64,000 bases of DNA from Chrysomallon squamiferum (lineage: Eukaryota; Animalia; Mollusca). The DNA lies in the NCBI GenBank assembly GCA_012295275.1, contig CM022673.1:18724001-18788000 (forward strand). The letters are read 5' to 3'. Made by a program: the position numbers and the translations under genes. The notes beneath the pieces are model-generated. The model worked only from the letters and a program-made list of their open reading frames with translations, was not told where the DNA came from and did not search any database. Shown here piece by piece: positions 41,847 through 53,995 of the stretch (position 1 is the stretch's first letter; the number at the start of each line of letters is the position of its first letter).

Positions 41847-42708
41847 ATGTCAGTATACATTGTGCTGTCACTGTTGGTATTGTGTTTGTTGTCACAGGGA
41901 ACCTCAGCATGGTTTTGGCGTGGAAGTTAGTTTTTTTTTATTTTGTAATATATTATCTAATGAAAGAAGAGAATACAGTGTTTATGAGAACATTCATATA
42001 TATATACAAATATATTTGTTTAAGAGTCGTATGCACTAAGCCGACTAGTTCTCTTATTTACATATTCAAAATCATTTCTGTTTATTTTATCATAATTAGA
42101 GATTAAGATCTGCAAACATAGAATGAAATATATATGTTATATATTTCATTTCTATGTTTGCAGATCTTAATCTCTGTTATATATTTCATTTCAGTGTTTG
42201 CAGATCGTAATCTCTAATTATGATAAAATAAACAGAAATGATTTTGAATATATAAATAAGAGACTTTATCTTATTAGTGCACACGACTCTTAAACAAATA
42301 TATATTTAAAAACATACAATATAAGCATTTTCTTATATATATATATATGAATGTTCTCATAAACAGTGTATTCTCTTTGAAAATGTAGGATCTGTATGTG
42401 GCTCGCAGACGTATAGTCCAAGTTATCAAATGTGCTGTAACGGTCAAGTGAGATCCAAACATGGGATTTCTCCAGGTTGCTGTGGAACACAAGTTTATGA
42501 TTTTCATTATCAAATGTGCTGTAACGGTCAAGTGAGATCCAAACATGGGATTTCTCCAGGTTGCTGTGGAACACAAGTTTATGATTTTCATTTTCAAATG
42601 TGCTGTTCTGGTCATGTCCGATCCAAACATGGAATATCACCGGCTTGTTGCGGATCATATGTCTATGATGCCAGATTCCGTCATTGCTGCAATGGTCGAG
42701 TTTGTTAG
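41847..42708 (+). CDS. Galaxin-like secreted di-cysteine repeat protein A, join(41847..41925,42389..42708), 132 aa
   Basis: Signal exon MSVYIVLSLLVLCLLSQGTSA-WFWRG|gttagt (phase 1), then aatgtag|(R)SVCGSQTYSPSYQM, three 28-aa units like CCNGQVRSKHGISPGCCGTQVYDFHYQM, and CCNGRVC*. AATAAA at 42769. Confidence 0.9.
41966..42377. repeat. Long imperfect inverted repeat (foldback or MITE-like) filling the coding intron of gene A
   Basis: Left arm of about 165 bp (AGAGAATACAGTGTTTATGAGAACATTCATATATA...GATCTGCAAACATAGAATGAAATATA) is mirrored by 42181-42377 (...TATATGAATGTTCTCATAAACAGTGTATTCTCT). The ORF track shows the same ENT(V/L)FMRTFIYIY peptide on both strands. Confidence 0.88.
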
Positions 42709-43240
42709 TAATGTTTTATAAATGTATTAAAATATTTACTGAGAGTGATAAAAAAAAATTAAGACTTTAATAAAGGTTTATCTGTATTGTTGTTTATTTT
42801 ATATTATTAAATCAGAGCATTTAAATTTGTTATTCATCCGAAGACCCTACAAAAAGTAATTTTTATTACTATAAGCATATTGACTATCCTTGGGCCGCTT
42901 TGTCAGAATTAAAGACCACTCATATCAACAATGACAAAATTAACAAACGTACTGATATGAATTTGCTGCTAGGCGTATAGCACATGAGAAAAGTAAGTGC
43001 AAACCACAAACCTTTTCAAATGAAATCTGTCATGCACATACTAACGCACAGGGTGAGGTGCGAAAGTTCATTTTCAGTTTTATATCATTTTCTACTTATC
43101 TTGGTCATCCAAATGATTAATTTTACTTCAGAAACTGTGATGAGAGAACAGAGACCAATGAAAAAAAGAGTGTCTTTGTGTGTGTGTGTGTGTGTGTGTG
43201 TGTTTGTATGGGTGTCTGTGTGTATATACATCTGTATGGA

Positions 43241-43369
<129 letters not shown>

Positions 43370-43831
43370 TGTGTGTGTGTTTTAAACACCTTTTGTTAAT
43401 AGTTAATATAAGAATACTTAAAATAGTTTTATCTTTATCGATTTTATTTCTTTTTCTTAACAAAGGTTAGTGTTTTAAAGAGCAGATTCATTGCTATTTT
43501 TAATTCGGATAATGCAGTATGATTGCTTTGTCTCTCACTATTACTCTGAAAACAAAGTTAGTTTATGTAATGAGAGGTTCAGTATGAGGCAGAGATAAAT
43601 GATCGACAATGAAAAAATAAATTATGACGAAAAGACATTTCGCCCACCAAAATAAGCATGCAAATAGGTTCGTGCAAAGAAAATTAAATACAAGTAAATC
43701 GTGTTGGTATAATTTCTGTTTTGTTTTCCGAAGCACACTTAAATTTACATATATCTGACATTTTACATTAAAAAGTAAATTTGTAGGATAGACACCGGAA
43801 AATGAAGTTTTGCAGATCACGATTTTTATGG

Positions 43832-43899
43832 TATATAAAGCCATGCTAAGAAAATCAGACAGTCATTATTTCAAACATTTACTGGTTTTCCTGTCTCAG
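43832..43899 (+). promoter_or_regulatory. TATA box and non-coding first exon of galaxin-like gene B
   Basis: TATATAAAG at 43832, donor CAG|gtaagt at 43900, acceptor ttctgtttag| at 44594, 12 nt before the ATG; same layout as gene A. Confidence 0.68.
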
Positions 43900-44606
43900 G
43901 TAAGTTTCATTGTTTGCTTTGTCTATATTAAATTTATTACTTTTTAAATTCATTTTCAAATCTCTCTGTAAATAAAAGTACATTGTTCCGTAAGTTAAAG
44001 GTTTTCTAATAGGAAGTTACTAAATTCAGTTACCATTTCTTTTTTAATATTTTATAATTTCCTAGTTATTTATTTATTTATTTAATAATTTATTTATATT
44101 GTGAATTTATTTGTTTGTATGTTTGTTTTTTTGCTTGCTTGTTTGTTTCCTTGCCTATTTCCTTGTTTTTGTTTGTTTGTTTTAGCATATATTAAATAAT
44201 TTAATTTTCAACCTTTTTATTATGTTGGTTCTTTTTATATTAAATTCTTTAATTTTTTAATTTATGTTTACTTTTTATTATTATTATATTTTCTTAATTG
44301 TTATTATTTTTGTTGGTGTAGATATTGTGTCTAACAGAACATTCAGCTGACAAGTGTATGTTGAAAGAACACGTGTTTTTTATGTTTCCAAACAGCAAAC
44401 TACGAAACTTTGTATGTCTGTAATATAAGAGATAAAGGTTTTGTTTTGGCTGGTTTTATTTTTATTTTATATATTATTATATTTTTATTCTGGTTTTGTT
44501 TTGGTTTGCTCTGTTTTGTTATTTTTGTTGTTGTTATGTTATTTTTTTATTGTTGTTGTATTTTTAAAAAAATGTTGGTTGTTGTTCTGTTTAGATAAAC
44601 ATTACG

Positions 44607-45249
44607 ATGAAGAAAACTGGACTATGTCTTGTGTTTCTGATATCACTGTGTTCACATGGTACGGAGACATTGTATTGGGGAGGTAAATGCAATTTTCTAA
44701 TATCTCCTTTCTTTCCTATAAAATATGTGGGTTTTTTTATATTTTTCTTATGTTTTTGTTATACCAGTAACTCACTACAGATTATTATTCAAATTTCTGA
44801 AAACTATTGTACTAGAAACACCTTCACTATTACGAATGTCCAGTAATAGTTATTATCTATATAACTGTAAAAAGAGCTTCATCTATGTAGGAAGTTAAAA
44901 ACAAATAACTTCTGTTTATTCAATACCAGGGACAGCGTGTGGCAACAGCACGTTTGACCCGAGTCAGAAGATGTGCTGCGGGGGACAAGTAACAGCTAAG
45001 AATGGCTGGAACTCGGCTTGTTGCGGAACACGAAGTTACAACGTCGTACGTCATCTCTGCTGCAGAGGGAATGTGCTACTGAAAGCCAGCTTCCGTTCAT
45101 ACTGCTGCGGATCAAAAAGTTACGACGCCGCAAATTATCTCTGCTGTCAAAATAACATCATTTTGAAGCAGTCCTTTACAACGGCGTGCTGTGGAAATGG
45201 AACCTATGATAGAAGAACCAACAAATGTTGCAATGGCCGTATCTGTTAA
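44607..45249 (+). CDS. Galaxin-like secreted di-cysteine repeat protein B, join(44607..44682,44930..45249), 131 aa
   Basis: MKKTGLCLVFLISLCSHGTET-LYWG|gtaaat (phase 1), then ataccag|(G)TACGNSTFDPSQKM, three divergent 28-aa CC..CC units, and CCNGRIC*. AATAAA at 45326. Confidence 0.9.
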
Positions 45250-45482
45250 CATTATTAAAGTAAATATAACAGTAAAAGAATGATTTTTAACAGATTTAGA
45301 CAAATGTACATTCATTCTTAAGTTTAATAAAATATTTTGTTCATGCAGATTTTCTGAATTAACTCTTATTTTTCATATGATATCATTATGTCTCTAGATC
45401 AAATAACGTGAACATGCAAAGATTAATGAAATTGACTGCACTACTTCTCTTGTGCTAGTTTGAAATTTTCAGAAGAGCGAAA

Positions 45483-45818
45483 ACTGTGTTCTGTCTGTTC
45501 ATTACTTAACTGAACTGGTTTACTGACTAACTGTGTCCTGTTAGGTCACTTAGTTTACTGACTAACTGTGTTCTGTCAGTTCATTACTTAACTGAACTAG
45601 TTTACTGACTAACTGTGTCCTGTCAGTTCATTACTTAACTGAACTAGTTTACTGACTAACTGTGTCCTGTCAGTTCATTACTTAACTGAACTAGTTTACT
45701 GACTAACTGTGTCCTGTCAGTTCATTACTTAACTGAACTAGTTTACTGACTAACTGTGTCCTGTCAGTTCATTACTTAACTGAACTAGTTTACTGACTAA
45801 CTGTGTCCTGTCAGTTCA
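45483..45818. repeat. 47-bp minisatellite, about 7 copies
   Basis: Unit ACTGTGTCCTGTCAGTTCATTACTTAACTGAACTAGTTTACTGACTA; near-perfect copies from about 45565. Confidence 0.93.
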
Positions 45819-45826
45819 TCGGTTAT

Positions 45827-46667
45827 GGCCCGCGAAGTCGACAACTTGTATAAATGATCTTAAAATTGTGTCTACTTAGCGGGACAAGCTGAAATGTACC
45901 AGTGAGGATCTGTCGATGTCCCGGGACTCATTAACTGCCGTTTTACCTGGTTTACGGTGTAAGCAGTCAAAAGGTAACAACGACATGATACTGTACCGCA
46001 GCTATTACTACTACTACTACTAGTACTACAATTCAATTTCAGTTCAGTTTATTTATTTGACAAAGCCGGCATGACTATAAACAGAAAACAGAAAAGAATA
46101 CAGTCATAAAACAGAAACACTTGTGTAATAGGTTACAGTATAAAAACACAGGAATAAAAAAATTAAACGTAAGAATTAGGATAATAAAAATATAAATATA
46201 TAGTTGTTATATATATTTTGTTACAAATTAAATTACATATTTATCAAGATTTCTTAAAGTTGTTTTTTAGTTTTTTTTTTTTTTTTTATTAAGATAAAAG
46301 ATTGATTATGTTAAAAGTAGATGGTCTTGTGTATAAATATTTGTTTAAAATTCATTATAAAATAAACATTTTGATGCAGAATGGAATTCATCTTCAAAGC
46401 CTCCACTGTCACACATACACAATGTACAAGTGCCTGTTCAATATAAGAGAAAGATAAATTTACTACCCAGAACAGTAACCTACTCCATTAATGGAAGTCT
46501 AATTACAAATTCTACCCAGGACAGTAATCACGTAACATTCTACTTCAGGGTTCTCATCTCGTTGTTAACAAAAAAGGCGTCTCGTAACTGCAGCGCAGAA
46601 CTTACGAAGTATTAGAAATGTCTACGTCCCGGTACTAAACAAAAGTGATTTGTCGACTTCCCGGGCC
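45827..46667. mobile_element. Putative non-autonomous element bounded by an 18-bp inverted repeat
   Basis: GGCCCGCGAAGTCGACAA (45827-45844) and TTGTCGACTTCCCGGGCC (46650-46667) match at 17 of 18 positions in inverted orientation. No clear TSD. Confidence 0.45.
46031..46505 (-). mobile_element. 3' remnant of a non-LTR retrotransposon (ORF2 C-terminal Cys/His motif plus tail)
   Basis: Minus strand reads degenerate RLPLME...CTLC..DSGGFEDEFH....C and ends in AATAAATAAACTGAACTGAAATTGAAT, a polyA signal followed by a short-repeat tail as in RTE-X/CR1-group LINEs. Confidence 0.5.
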
Positions 46668-46908
46668 GACACCAAATAAATACAGTAACACATACAAACA
46701 ACATCACTATAAACACAAATTACACAATACACAACATCAAATTAAACACACAGAAATACACACTATAGTAAATTCACAGTACTGAACGTTGAAATATAAA
46801 ACAAAAATGAAAAAGTTAAGAATAAAAATAAAATAAAGCGAATGTTAATTTTTATTATTATTTTTTTTAAATATAAATGGTCATATATAATGTTATTATT
46901 TAAATGTT

Positions 46909-47464
46909 TTAGCAAATTTGACCATCACAACAGCTATTGTAAGCCGCGTCGTAAGCTTTTGTCCCACAGCAAGCTGGTGCCAGTCCCATCCTTTTCACAA
47001 TAGTCCCGTAACAACACATGTCAAACGTCGAGTCATAGCCGTGAATCCCGCAACACTCTGTGTAGATGTTAGGCTTGTGAACGACGTAACCACCACAACA
47101 TTTGTGATCTCTGGCGTCGTACGGCTGGAACTGACAACATCTCGGTCTTGATCCCACTCTTTCTACAACTGATCCAGCACAGCACAAACTGTATCTGACG
47201 TCGTAGACGCTTGTTCTACAGCATTTTGGCAACACGGCATTGTGACTCACAACAACGCCATTACAGCATAAATGGCCCCTTTTCTCGTAACGGACGTTAC
47301 CACAGAAAGCAGTATCTAAAATGGAAATACATTAAAATACATAATAACAGAAAATAAATATATAAATAATAAATAGATATATATTAGAACTCTATTATAG
47401 TTGAAACTGAACAAACATATTTCGCTCCTAACACACAGATATACACTAACACATACAAACCCAA

Positions 47465-47497
<33 letters not shown>

Positions 47498-47706
47498 GCT
47501 TAATTTTTAATAAAGTTTAACTATCTTCATACCGCTGTTATATTTTCTCAGTACCTGTATTTATAGAATAGTTTAATCAAAATATTTGTTTAAAGAATAG
47601 GAAATTAGCAGTCACCCCAAAATACTACTGTATTCACTTTCAACGGTTGAATCCGGTTTATGGTCAACGAGAAGAACAGAAAACACATGGGTGCTTTTGT
47701 CTCCAT
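46909..47706 (-). CDS. Galaxin-like di-cysteine repeat protein C; repeat exon 46909..47315, probable first coding exon 47616..47706 (about 165 aa)
   Basis: ccattttag|(D)TAFCGNVRYEKRGHL, four 28-aa units, and CCDGQIC*. Candidate leader exon METKAPMCFLFFSLTINRIQPLKVNTVVFW|gtgact is phase 1 and follows an acceptor, but both its donor and its hydrophobic core are weak. Confidence 0.8.
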
Positions 47707-48742
47707 TTCCTTTTCTTTATACTTTTTTTTTTCTGAAAATATACAATCAAAACATTTGCATGATTAAATGAGGAACGTAAACGATACGCCAGTTTATAAG
47801 GTTTTTATATTTGAAAGACACAAATGCAAACAAAAGCGATTGTGATAATCATTCTAAGCCGTTTGTTTGAAAAAATCATTAATATCATTCCTGAAAGATT
47901 TCTGATCAAAATACATTTGACTTTTCATGTTCCTTTGATCCATAGATTAATTATTTCTATTTGTAAACTCTAAAAAAAAAAAAATGTAAATCTTTCCGCC
48001 CCTAACCTTCAGCTCGCTCTGACCAAACAAAAATACTTTAATTTGTGAGAATTACTGATGTCTGTCTCTCCTGTACAATTCAAACTGTTCGATATTTGTT
48101 GGTATGTGTTTTGGCTTTACTTTAATTATCTTCTTTTTTTTTTTCTTACTTTCGTCTAAATACCATATCTGATGTTGTTCTTCTTCTTCTTTTCGTTTGT
48201 TAGTATTGTGCTTGTCGTGTAAATACTAAGTATTAGAGCAGCTTACCTGGTAGATGTTTTGGCAGTTTGTTTTATAAAACAGAAAATGATTTCGTTAGAT
48301 GCACAGAAACGTTTACGTGGCAAAACAGATGTTCGTAATTAAAACTTCTGAAATATCCATGTCAGATGTTATAATGATTTATTTAACTGCATAAATGTCT
48401 ATACATTTTTTTTTTCTGTTAATTATATAAAATATTTCGCTTTCAGTAATAAATATTTTATTGCTACACATTGTGCCACTTTCGTAAATTTCAAAAATGA
48501 ACACATTATTTGTTTTCTAAATTCAGTCCCTTTTTTATTTTTTATTTTTTTTATTTTCTAAATTTATTACAGTAGCTTTGCATTTAATTATTAACAGTGA
48601 CAATTTCGTAGAAAAACTGAAATATTTTTATAATAATGTTTTTGAGGTTGTTGTTTTGTTTTGTTGGGAGGGCTTTATAGTTGCTGTCGGTAGGTTCTCT
48701 GTTTTGTTTTTTGTATGTTGTTTTCTGTATCTTTATTTCTGC

Positions 48743-48796
<54 letters not shown>

Positions 48797-48950
48797 AAAC
48801 ATGAATAAAATATAATCATAAACCGAAGCAAATTTTGTTATTAATAGTTTTTATTTTCTCTAAGTAGTAAATATACTTAATAGCAGTTGATGTTTGCCAA
48901 TACTGTGGTAATAATCGGAATTAAAATTTCATATCAAAACATTGATAACT

Positions 48951-49850
48951 TTAGCAGATTCTTCCATTGCACAATGACTGAAAGTAGCATCATAGACTCG
49001 AGTTCCACAGCAAGCAGCCTGCTTGTATTCCTGATCTATGAACAACGTTTCCTGCACAGCATAGGCTGAATCTGGCGTCAAATGCCCTACTTCCGCAGCA
49101 GCCTGGTTGTATTCCTGATCTATGAACAACGTTTCCTGCACAGCATAGGCTGAATCTGGCGTCAAATTCCTGCAGCAGCCTGGGCTGATCTATGAACAAC
49201 GTTTCCTGCACAGCATAGGCTGAATCTGGCGTCAAATGCCCTACTTCCGCAGCAGCCTGGTTGTATTCCTGATCTATGAACAACGTTTCCTGCACAGCAT
49301 AGGCTGAATCTGGCGTCAAATGCCCTACTTCCGCAGCAGCCTGGTTGTATTCCTGATCTAGGAACAACGTTTCCAGCACAGCATAGGCTGAATCTGGGTC
49401 AAATGAATCTATGGCACAGCATAGGCTGAATCTGGCGTCAAATGCCCTACTTCCGCAGCAGCCTGGTTGTATTCCTGATCTATGAACAACGTTTCCTGCA
49501 CAGCATAGGCTGAATCTGGCGTCAAATCTTCCGCAGCAGCCTGGTTGTATTCCTGATCTATGAACAACGTTTCCTGCACAGCATAGGTGGCGTCAAAATG
49601 CCCTACTTCCACAGCAGCCTGGTTGTATTCCTGATCTAGGAACAACGTTTCCAGCACAGCATAAACTAAAATTCGGATTGTATGTTCTAAATCCGCACAC
49701 AGACCCTGAAACATTAGAAATGAAAGTTAAGAAATAGTGTAAAACAGAGTTTTATTTCTGGATTAATGGTCAAATATGCAATCAATTAATTTCCCTATAG
49801 TATTAGGGACATCTATTATTTCAGTAAATGTATAGACACTGATGTTGTTG

Positions 49851-49922
<72 letters not shown>

Positions 49923-50020
49923 GGGATAATAAAAACACATCTCACCTGACGAGTACCAAGCCGTTACGTCCTGAACAAGAAGAAAAAGTATCAAAGATAA
50001 TCCAAATATCTTCACTTCAT
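48951..50020 (-). pseudogene. Galaxin-like gene D1, disrupted duplicate of D2 (exons 49946..50020 and 48951..49705)
   Basis: A 5-bp duplication turns the start into ATG AAG TGA. The 84-bp repeat array has several frameshifting indels, and a base is lost in the terminal CCNGRIC. The promoter and most of exon 1 (55224-55807 in D2) are absent. Confidence 0.82.
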
Positions 50021-50066
50021 CTTTTTATTTTTTCTGAATAAAGAAAATATGCAAAGTTTTATATAG

Positions 50067-50097
<31 letters not shown>

Positions 50098-50382
50098 ACA
50101 CACATGTAAATTTGTTAGTTGCAATAATTTAAAATGCATGAAATTCTTTTGGGCATGCGGATGAAAATTAGATTAATCTGAAAACAGTTAAATAATATGA
50201 CAAGTTTGGGGAAAAGGCGAAAAATCATAATAAATTAAAACAGAAAGCAGTCGTAACATATGTTTTGGTTTAAAAATATAGTAATTTAATAGATGTCTTG
50301 GTAACATCTTATTACCTTTAGCAGTAGAGTAATAGACTTCGTAAAACGAAGTAACTTACCTAGTATATTTTAGTAAACTTTG

Positions 50383-50414
<32 letters not shown>

Positions 50415-50526
50415 TACTAACCTTCAGCTCGCTCTGACCAAATAAAAATACTTTAATTTGTGAGAATTAGAGCAGTATTAGAGCAGCTTACCTGGTAGAT
50501 GTTTTGGCAGAGTTTGTTTTGTAAAA

Positions 50527-53305
50527 GGGTCATTCCGTGTCAAATCACCCAATGGGTTAAACCCGACCTGATCAAACTTGGTATACTTGTTGAATGGGAT
50601 CCCATACCACCAAATCCGTAAATTTAGCCCAATCGAACCAGTGGTTTGGGAGATATGCCCCCCCCACCCGAATTTTGAGATTTTTTGCCAAAATGGGCAT
50701 GACCACCAACTTTTGAACCCTCATATCTCAGTAACTACTGGGCCAATCTTCATAAAATTGGTATGAATGCTGGGGTACCCTGACATTTTGACCTTTGTTA
50801 TGACCTTGAAATTGACCTTGTGGATCACGTGACCTTGAGATAATATTTCTTGAAATTTAATCTCCCATACAACTAAAACATACAAAAGTTTCAGAGGTGT
50901 AATATTGTTTTGTTTAGCCACAATATAGATTTAAAAACGCATACCTGCACGGATGATTGATACAATGCATTACAATGTACATTTTCTACATGTATAGACT
51001 TCTCTGAGACCAAAAACTCATTTCTGGAGTCAAAATCCGCCTGACATGTCTGAAGGAATTCCTGAAGGATATGAAAACATGTTCTACACAATCAGGCCCA
51101 AAGGGTTAACAGGACGTGTGGCTTCAGGCATGTCAGGAACTCCTTGAACTCCCCCTGGTGAAATCCCCATTGAGCACATGGCAATTATATTACTATTATA
51201 ACTCCCTTTAGACTCCTACTACTACTACTACTACCACCACCACCACAGGTATTACTTCTATCACCACCAGTACCTCTACCATTACTACTGTTACTAATGG
51301 TGCTATTACTACTTTTATTATTAGAATAACTACTACCGTCACTATTGATACCGTTGTTATCATAAATACTGTTACTACCTCTACTACTACTAACATCACC
51401 ATTATATCAACAACTACTACAATAGCTATTTCTTATTTTGCTACTTCTATTACTAGCAACTATAATTAATCCTACCACTTGTTCTAATACTACTAATTAT
51501 ACTAACACTCATTCTACATTACTATTATATCTCCTACTACCTACTGCCACAACTACTACATCTATGAGACTACCTTGATGAATTCTACTGCTACTTGTAA
51601 TAATAATAGTACTACTACTAGAATGCAAATACTTCTACAACTACAACCTTTATTATTATTAATTCAACTACTATTATGTGTAATATAAGAATAGTGGTAC
51701 ATTTACTAGTACTATGACTGCTATATTTTAAAATAATACAGTGATTATGCCTGAGATAAAACTAGTCTTGAGATCAATTCAATTCACTGCGCTAATTCGC
51801 GACACTAATGGTTGTGCTGGATAAAAATAAGAACAATTTTGTTAACCTGTGCCATCCAGAAGAGGACTTTGGGCTGCAAGGTGAATGGAACTTTTTGCGA
51901 CAAGCCATAGCAAAAGTGCCTGTGATTGAACTGGGAGATGGTGAAGAGGTTGCTGACAAAGGCCAGTTTGCAGTGTTCCTAAACAGACCCAATCCTGACC
52001 AGTGAGGCTATTATGGTCTTCTGCATCAAGAGTATTCCAGGAATTCATTTTTTCAACATCACACCAGAACGCATAGCAAAGCATGAGCTGGAACTATAAG
52101 GCAGGTTTCAAGTGGCCAAAACAGTTAGTTCCAGTGTCTAAGTCAAAGGTGTATGCCAACAAGCTGAGCCTGCAGAGTGACCCACCTAAACTTCGTTTCA
52201 TGCATCCTCGCGGATAATTCTTCATTCGTTTCATGCATCCTCGCGGACCTTCTAAGTTATTTCATGGCCAAACAAAGACACATGTTGGATTAGTGAATGG
52301 GACATCTTCTGTGTCATTGATACACCTTCTATTGCATCTTCTCGACGGATGTACTCTCCGCATAAAAAGGATGGTGATAGAATTGCAAGACTATGGGGGA
52401 AGTGGGTGACTGAATGACTCTGTGACTGCTGAACTGGTGAGAAGGCAATAAGGGAAAATAGTTTCATATCATATGATCATAGCATGTAGGCCTATGATGT
52501 ATTATTTGGTGATCAAGGGAATTGGTGATTCCTAGCATCAGGAATTGGTCATTGAGGTTTGAGCTAATCAGATGTTAATGGCAGAAAAGGTGATATTTTC
52601 ATGGACATGCATTTTCAAAATCTCTATTGTGGCTAAACAAAAAATATTACACCTCGGAAACTTTTATACGTTCTAGTGGGAGATTAAATTTCAAGAAAGG
52701 TTATTTGAGCATAAGCATAAGCTAGAAATTTTTACAATTTGAAAAAATAATTCAAAGTCACGTGATCCACAAGGTCAATTTCAAGGTCATAACAAAGGTA
52801 AAAGTCAAGGTCACGTGATCCACAATGTCAATTTCAAGGTCATAACAAAGGTAAAAGTCAAGGTCACGTGATCCACAAGGTCAATTTCAAGGACATATCA
52901 AAGGTTAAAATGTCAAGGTCACGTGATCCACAAGGTCAGTTTCAAGGTCATAACAAATGTCAAAATGTCAGGGTACCCCAGCATTCTCCAGACTGAACAA
53001 TAATGGCAGATTTGGAAATCTTGTGATATTGCCTTTTCAACAATGCCAGTTTTATGAAGACTGGCCCAAGCGTTCCTGAGATATGAGGGTTCAAAGGTTG
53101 GTGGTAACACCGATTTTGGCCAAAAATCTCAAAATTCGGAGGGCCATATCTCCCACACCACTGGTCCGACTGGCCTAAAATTTTTGATTTGGTGCTGTGT
53201 GATCCCACTCAACAAGTATACCAAGTTTCATAAAAATCTGAGACGGTCGGGTTTAAAATTGTTTTGTTTTTTTGGTGGGGGGGGTGATTGGACACGGAAT
53301 GACCC
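50527..53305 (+). mobile_element. Decayed long-TIR DNA transposon, Sola2-like
   Basis: AAAA|GGGTCATTCCGTGTC...GACACGGAATGACCC|AAAA gives 15-bp perfect termini and a 4-bp TSD, confirmed by the empty site near 48276. Imperfect TIR similarity extends about 420 bp. Broken transposase motifs (T)NGCAG..KNKNNFVNLCHPEEDFGLQGEWNF(F)ATSHSKSACD, IPGIHFF and FMHPRGPS..WP.KDTCWI lie at 51800-52330. The family call rests on recalled motifs, the G-R-G terminus and the 4-bp TSD. Confidence 0.85.
52757..52960. repeat. 53-bp tandem repeat (4 copies) inside the right TIR of the transposon
   Basis: GTCACGTGATCCACAAGGTCAATTTCAAGGTCATAACAAAGGTAAAAGTCAAG at 52757, 52810, 52863 and 52918; a single inverted copy lies in the left TIR. 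Confidence 0.88.
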
Positions 53306-53750
53306 AAAACAAAAAATGATTTCGTTAGATGCACACAGACGTTTACGTAGCAAAACAGACGTTCGTGATTAAAACTTCTGAAATAGCCATGTCAGATGTT
53401 ATAATGTTTAACTGCATAAATGGAAATCTCATTTTTCTTCTGTTAATTATATAAAATATTTCGCTTTCAGTAATAAATATTTTATTGCTACATGTTGTGC
53501 CACTTTCTTAAATTTCAAAAATGAACACATTATTTGTTTTATCAATTCAGTAATTTTTTTTTTTTTTTTTTTTTTGTTCTAAATTTATTACAGTAGCTTT
53601 GCAATTAATTATTAACAGTGACAATTTAGAAGAAAAACTGAAATATTTTTATAATAATGTTTTTGAGATTGTTGTTTTGTTTTGTTGGGAGGGCTTTATA
53701 GTAGCTGTCGGTAGGTTCTTATTTGTTTTTGTTTGTGCTTGTTTATTGTT

Positions 53751-53792
<42 letters not shown>

Positions 53793-53995
53793 CTTTCTGT
53801 TGTTTTCTGTATTTTTGTTTCTGCTTTCATTATTATTTTTAAAGATATGAATAAAAAAATCATAAACCGAAGCAAATTTTGTTATTAATAGTTTTTTATT
53901 TTCTCTCAGTAGTAAATATACTTAACAGTAGTTGATGTCTGACAATATTGTGGTAATAATCGGAATTAAAATTTTATTTGAAAACATTGATAACT

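Noticed and set aside
45483-45818. Regular direct repeats that could suggest a CRISPR array (also 15866-16031 and 52757-52960)
   Set aside because: Units are contiguous with no unique spacers, the context is eukaryotic, and there are no cas genes.
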